This document shows positions 58,860-64,000 of a DNA stretch of 64,000 nucleotides, in pieces. The notes under the pieces were generated by a model. That model made no database searches, was not told the origin of the DNA, and worked only from the letters and a program-made list of their open reading frames with translations. The number at the start of each line of letters is the position of its first letter. Position 1 is the stretch's first letter. The DNA lies in assembly GCA_047967505.1 (NCBI GenBank), contig CM106538.1; one strand, written 5' to 3'. The stretch is from Dipteris shenzhenensis (lineage: Eukaryota). The translations under genes and the position numbers were made by a program.

Positions 58860-61800
58860 CCAGAGTCCCCTCCAAGAAGGACCAGTCCACTCGATTGTAG
58901 GCCTTCTCAAAGTCGAGAAGTAGGATGGCTTAATGTGACCCACTGTGCTGAGCCCACTCCGTCGCCTCTGAGAAGGTGAAGACATTATCCAGGATACTGT
59001 GATCCTGGACAAAGCCTATCTGAGTGTCATGAATGAGGTCTGGAAGTAGAGGCCAAACTCTGGTGCTGATCATCTTGGCAAGGATTTTGTAGGCAGTGGT
59101 GAGGAGGGTGATCGGGCACCACTTACGGATCTCCTGTTGATCTCCTCCCTTCGGGATGAGGCAAATCAGTCCCAAGGAGAGGCTCTCTGGCATATATCCA
59201 TTGCTAAAAATCCTCTAAAGAGCTGCTAGGAGGGGCTGATGGATCTGATCCCAGAAGGAGGTGAAGAAAGCTCGGGATAGCCCATCCTCACCAGGGCATT
59301 TCTGCCCATCGATGGCCATCAAGGTCTCCAACATCTCGTCCGTAGTGAACGGTGCCAACAATGTCGCCTGCATGCTGGGCTGGACCAGGGATGGAATGTG
59401 CCTCCACACCTCCTCACGGGAGCGTCGAGTGCGAGGGGCAAGCTGCTCCTACTAGAAAAGAGTCCTGTAGAAGTCGGTAGCCAACCCCAAGACCTCACCC
59501 GGATCAGTAACGATGTGCCCCTCCACTGTCCTAAGACTCCGTAGCTGATCACCTGCTACTCTCTGGCCATGTGTCCTGAAGGACTCCCTGCACATCCGGT
59601 CGCCCTTCCGAGCCCAGAAAGAGAGAGAGGCGTGATAGGAAAACTCTGAACGGCACTGGAGAGTCTCCTCAAGAAGGGCTCTGGCTCAAAGGGCCTGGAT
59701 CTGAAGCTCCTTCGAGCCCGAGGCTGCCTGCTGGAGTCACTGAATGGAAGCGAGGTCCCTCTAAAGAGCTCTCTCTCTGCCCCACCACTCCTGTCGAACC
59801 TGTAGGGCTGCGAGCTGGCAAATCTGGCTGGACTCCTGCAAAGCCTGCACCATCGAATCAACCAGATCCATGCACTCGCCCCAATCTCTGTCCCAAAGGC
59901 TACCGATACTGCTGTGCATGTCCTCCCTCGAGAAGATGGAGTCGGGAATCCGGCACGAACGGGGGGGAAGGGCCTGAACTGCCGAGTCTAATGATAAGAG
60001 CACAGGCGCATGGTCGGAAAGAGTCATCCTTGGAACTATACCTGCCTAACCACCTCTGTTGATGGCCCAATCACTGACATAAAATCTATCCAGCCTCTCT
60101 GGGAGTCTGCCTCCTTCCCTACGGAAGCCCCATGAGAAGTCCAAGCTCCCGTGCCAACGACAGAAGGACGGGACTCTCCAGCTATCCCTACCTCCTGTCG
60201 CGAAGATAAATGAGTCCCAAGCGGACTGCTCTACCTGAGACATGCCTGTAAACTCTGGTCCTCTGCCCTGCTGGTCCTCCAAGGTCTCCAGATTGTTGAA
60301 GTCACCTCCAACAATCCAGGAATCCATGTCTGGGAGAATTCCTGTGAGTGTCCTCCAGAAGGTGGCTCTGCACCGGAGGTCTGTGGGAGCATAAATGTTG
60401 AGGATTCCTATTTTGGAACCCTCCAACTCCAGGCCTACCCAAAGGGCACGGCCTGGGATCAACGTGCCATGACCAAAAACTCCCTGGGCTAACTGCTCGC
60501 ACACGGAAGTACAGACACCTCCACTCCTCCCCTATGCACCGATCGAGGGCTCCCAATAAGTGTGAGAACGTCCAGGGAGAATCTTCCCGCAGCTACGGGA
60601 ATGAGCCACAGAAAGCTTGTGCTCCTGGAGCAGAAGTATATCCAAACGACCAATCACTACTGGCTGAAGTTCCTGTCTCAAAATGAGCTTCCTAGGACCA
60701 CGGGTGCCAGAAGAATGAAACCCGTTCACATTCCAGGAGACAAGGTGTAGGCTCATGGTGAGGACTGGGAGGCTGCGAACAACTGGTCTGCTCGTGGCAG
60801 ATGTCGATGAAGAAGCTGACATTTCGGAGTGGAGGCGCTGATGCTTATGAGAAGGTTTGGAGGGGGAGGCGGGGTCGTCCTGCCCGTTCTTCAACACCTT
60901 TAGCAAAGGCGAGAGGCCTTTGGTGCCATGAGCAAATGCTTTCTCGAGCCAGCTCGAGATCTCTAAAGTAGTCATCCCGTAGAAGGCTCGGAGTTTCTGA
61001 GGGGCTGACATCCTGGGGGAGGGGCCATGATAGAGGGGGCCTGAGGATCACAATCAATCTGAAGCGTTTGGCGACGCAACGCCACCGCAGGCGCACGTCA
61101 CCCTCGGACCACTGAGTCTCGAGAAGCTGCCCATCGGACGGGCCTATCCAAGAGCAAACCTGAGCGTGCGTTTGCTCTCTGAGAGCCTCCCAGACTGAGT
61201 CGTCTGTCCAAGTCTCGGTGCCGTCACTGAGGAACATGAAAGCAAAGCTAGGGCCATCCCTCGGGGCCAAGGCTGCGATCTTCCCATCTGCCCCTTTGCG
61301 GAGCAGGAAGATACTGATGTCGAGACACGCAGGGAAGGTCCCAAGGTCGGCCACATCCAAGTAGTCCCAGGGGCTAGATCTGTAAAAGTCGCGAGGAAGC
61401 TCTCTCTCCTGAAGCTGAGGCCCACTGCAACTGAGGGGCTAGCGGACAGGGAAGCTTGCTCCAGTGGTGGTGTAGACTCAGGGTGTCCTGCCTGTGGAGG
61501 GGAAGGGGGAGGTGGCTGGGGGGTAGGCAACTCAGACTCCACAGAGGTGACTAGTGGGCAGGGTGGAGGAGGGGGAGTGGGGGCTGCCCTCGGCTGAGGA
61601 ACCATCGGTATAGCTGACACTGCAGGAGAACTAAGAGAGGCAGGGGGGGATGGGGCTGCACCTGGGACTGGGGCTGAGAAGGAGGAGGAGGAGACTAAAG
61701 AGGAAGAGGCGGGGGCTGAAGCTACGGGTCGGGAAGAGGGGGGTGCGACTGGGGAAGGGGTTGGGACTGAGTGGAAAGGGGCTGGGGAGCGGAAGAGAGG

Positions 61801-62313
61801 GGGACCTGAGGCTATGGAGGGCGGGCTACCATTGAAGAAGAAGCTCTCCCAAGACCCTGGGGCAAGACCCTGGGGCAGCTGCCTGTCAGGTCTCTGAGGT
61901 GTTGCTGCAGGTTGGGTAACCTCTGCCTCCTTGCCTTTATCGGAAATCTTCATGTTCTTTCCTCTTTTCCTTCTAACCTTAGTCCAACCGCTAGCTAACT
62001 CTGTGGACCGGACTCCGGCTGCCTCTGCTCCTCCTAACATGGCTGCCCGGAGGGGGGGGGAGGGGGCGGAGGGGGAGGGGGTGGGGGGGGCCGAGAGGAA
62101 CTGGCGAATCGTGGACAAATCGCAGCCAAGTGCCCAAAGCCGTGACACCTCAGGCACTGGCCTGGCTGTCCGGTGACCACCATGCTCTGGGTGATGCTGG
62201 CGGCATTTGTTACAATCTCAATCACTGTAGGGAGAGTCGCAGGGTCCGCCATAGCCACACGGACTCGGGGGGCTCCTGCCGTAGTCACCGCATCGGCGAA
62301 AGTGTCGTGCACA

Positions 62314-64000
62314 TGTAAAGAATAAGGGAGAGAGATAGGAGACTCAAGTTCAGCTTTCTTCACAACACACAAAAGAGAGAGGACACAAGGTTGGAGGGTG
62401 AAGCCTTTCTTCACTTTTGCACACAACAACAATACAATAGAAGAGGGAAATACCCTATATGTCAAAACCTAGAATACGTGGTTCATATGTGAACCCAAAC
62501 CAAAAACATACGTGGTAGTCTAACTACACCACGAGTACAACTAACATAGGCGGTGACATAAATGATAGTCATCCAGGAGATACGTCGGGGATAGAGCTTG
62601 ATATCTCAACACTCCCCCTCAAGCTCAAATCCATCTCACGTACATCAAGCAAGCTCCTAAATCTGCGAAGCTTCTCGGTACCCAATGCCTTCGTAAAGAT
62701 ATCAGCCACCTGCTCCTCAGTGCTGACATAGACAAGATCAATCTCACCAGCTAGAACCTTCTCTCTCACAAAGTGATAATGCACCTCAATGTGCTTCGTT
62801 CTAGCATGATAAACTGGGTTATTAGCAAGCATGATGCTGCTAATGTTGTCACAATGAATGACAACTGCTGCATGAACTGACTGTCCCATATCTGCAAGTA
62901 GCTTCCATAACCAAGCTACCTCACATGCAGCCATTGCTGCACCCCTGTACTCAGCCTCTGTGCTCGACAAGGCAACTGTTGGCTGCTTCTTGCTGCTCCA
63001 ACTGATGGCACCACTCCCAAGGGAAAACATAAAACCACTAGTAGATCTCCTGTCTGAGACACTACCAGCCCAGTCAGCATCTGTGTATCCATGTACCTGT
63101 AATGCACACCCAGCTTCATAAAACAGTCTATAATGCAATGTGGACTTCACATACCGCAGTATGCGCCTAGCCGCATCCAAATGTGGCTTCCTTGGTGCCT
63201 GCATAAACTGACTCACCAGCCCCACAGCATAGCTCAAATCTGGTCTGGTTATAGTCATGTAAATCAAGCTACCTACTATGCGCCTATACATAGTAATATC
63301 TTCAAGAAGCTCACCTGACTCTGCATTGAGCTTCACATTCTGCTCCAATGGAACAGAAATAGGCTTACAGCCTGTCATCCCATATTTGGACAGCATGTCC
63401 AAACCGTATTGCCTTTGCAACAGCCATATCCCACTCGGGGATCTAATAACCTCAATGCCCAAGAAGTAACACAGCTCTCCCAAATCCTTCATCTCAAATT
63501 TCTGCTTCAATAGCAGCTTCACTTCATTAATGTCTGCATCACTATCACCTGTAATAATCAAGTCATCAACATAGATGACTATAAGCACAATCCCTCTGTT
63601 TGTCCTTTTCACATAAAGTGAAAAATCTGAATTGGAAATCTGAAATCCAATAGTGACAAGATATTGCCCTATCTTGTCTGACCATGCCCTCGGCGCCTGT
63701 TTTAAGCCATACAAGGCTTTGCGCAACCTGCATACAAAATCGGGGTGTGCTTTATCCTCATAACCTTCTGGCTGCATCATATAAACCTCTTCCTGCAAGT
63801 CACCATGCAAGAAGGCATTTTTCACATCCATCTGATGCAAAGACCATCCCTTTGCAGCAGCCATAGCAATTACTGCTCTCACGGTTGCCATCCTTGCAAC
63901 TGGGCTGAAAGTTTCCTCATAGTCAATTCCATATGTCTATGCAAAACCTTTGGCAACCAATCTTGCCTTGTACCTGCTAACAGACCCATCAGCATTGTGC
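62314..64000 (-). mobile_element. Copia family A 3' part (LTR 62314-62611), continuing beyond the window
   Basis: LTR nearly identical to 3486-3783; PPT at 62612; RT-RH nearly identical to copy 1. Confidence 0.95.
62569..64000 (-). CDS. Copia RT-RNase H (partial, open frame)
   Basis: [33 protein letters not shown]; has Gln where copy 1 has TAG at 7634. Confidence 0.9.

Larger units (their letters stand above)
48578..62313 (-). mobile_element. L1-clade LINE (ORF1 + APE-RT ORF2), degenerate, carrying nested Copia, LTR element and MITE; 5' end cut by the Copia at 62314
   Basis: ORF1 knuckle CLRCHGFGHLAAIC. ORF2 starts near 60756 with LVSWNVNG, then LQEHK, NIYAP, GGDFN, LDRFY, SDHAPV (endonuclease); VRQGCPLAP and YADD (RT); CQICHEDEESPKHCLWSC (C-terminal zinc finger). 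Confidence 0.9.

Overview
Repeat-dense plant nuclear DNA, probably from a large-genome non-seed plant such as a fern or lycophyte (inference). It is almost entirely nested transposable elements. From 5' to 3' it holds: a ~182-bp satellite with a trimeric higher-order repeat; a decayed Sola-like DDE transposase gene interrupted by a Copia and a MITE; a protein kinase ORF cut by a second Copia, which itself carries a gag-only LTR element; a GA microsatellite and a 100-N gap; an Athila-like Ty3/Gypsy with a 1254-aa extra ORF; further Copia fragments; a CACTA end with an internal satellite; and a minus-strand L1-type LINE carrying four nested insertions. The most striking observation is in the Gypsy 3' LTR (34876-36170). 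It contains a complete antisense tRNA-Asp(GTC) with an encoded CCA, placed at the canonical primer-binding position (CA-TT-TGG) and bracketed by a 108-bp duplication of the LTR end. That duplication begins with a 14-nt motif complementary to the tRNA 5' end. This suggests whole-primer read-through plus a template switch, giving a retrotransposon that carries a gene for its own primer tRNA. All family assignments come from recalled motifs; no searches were run.
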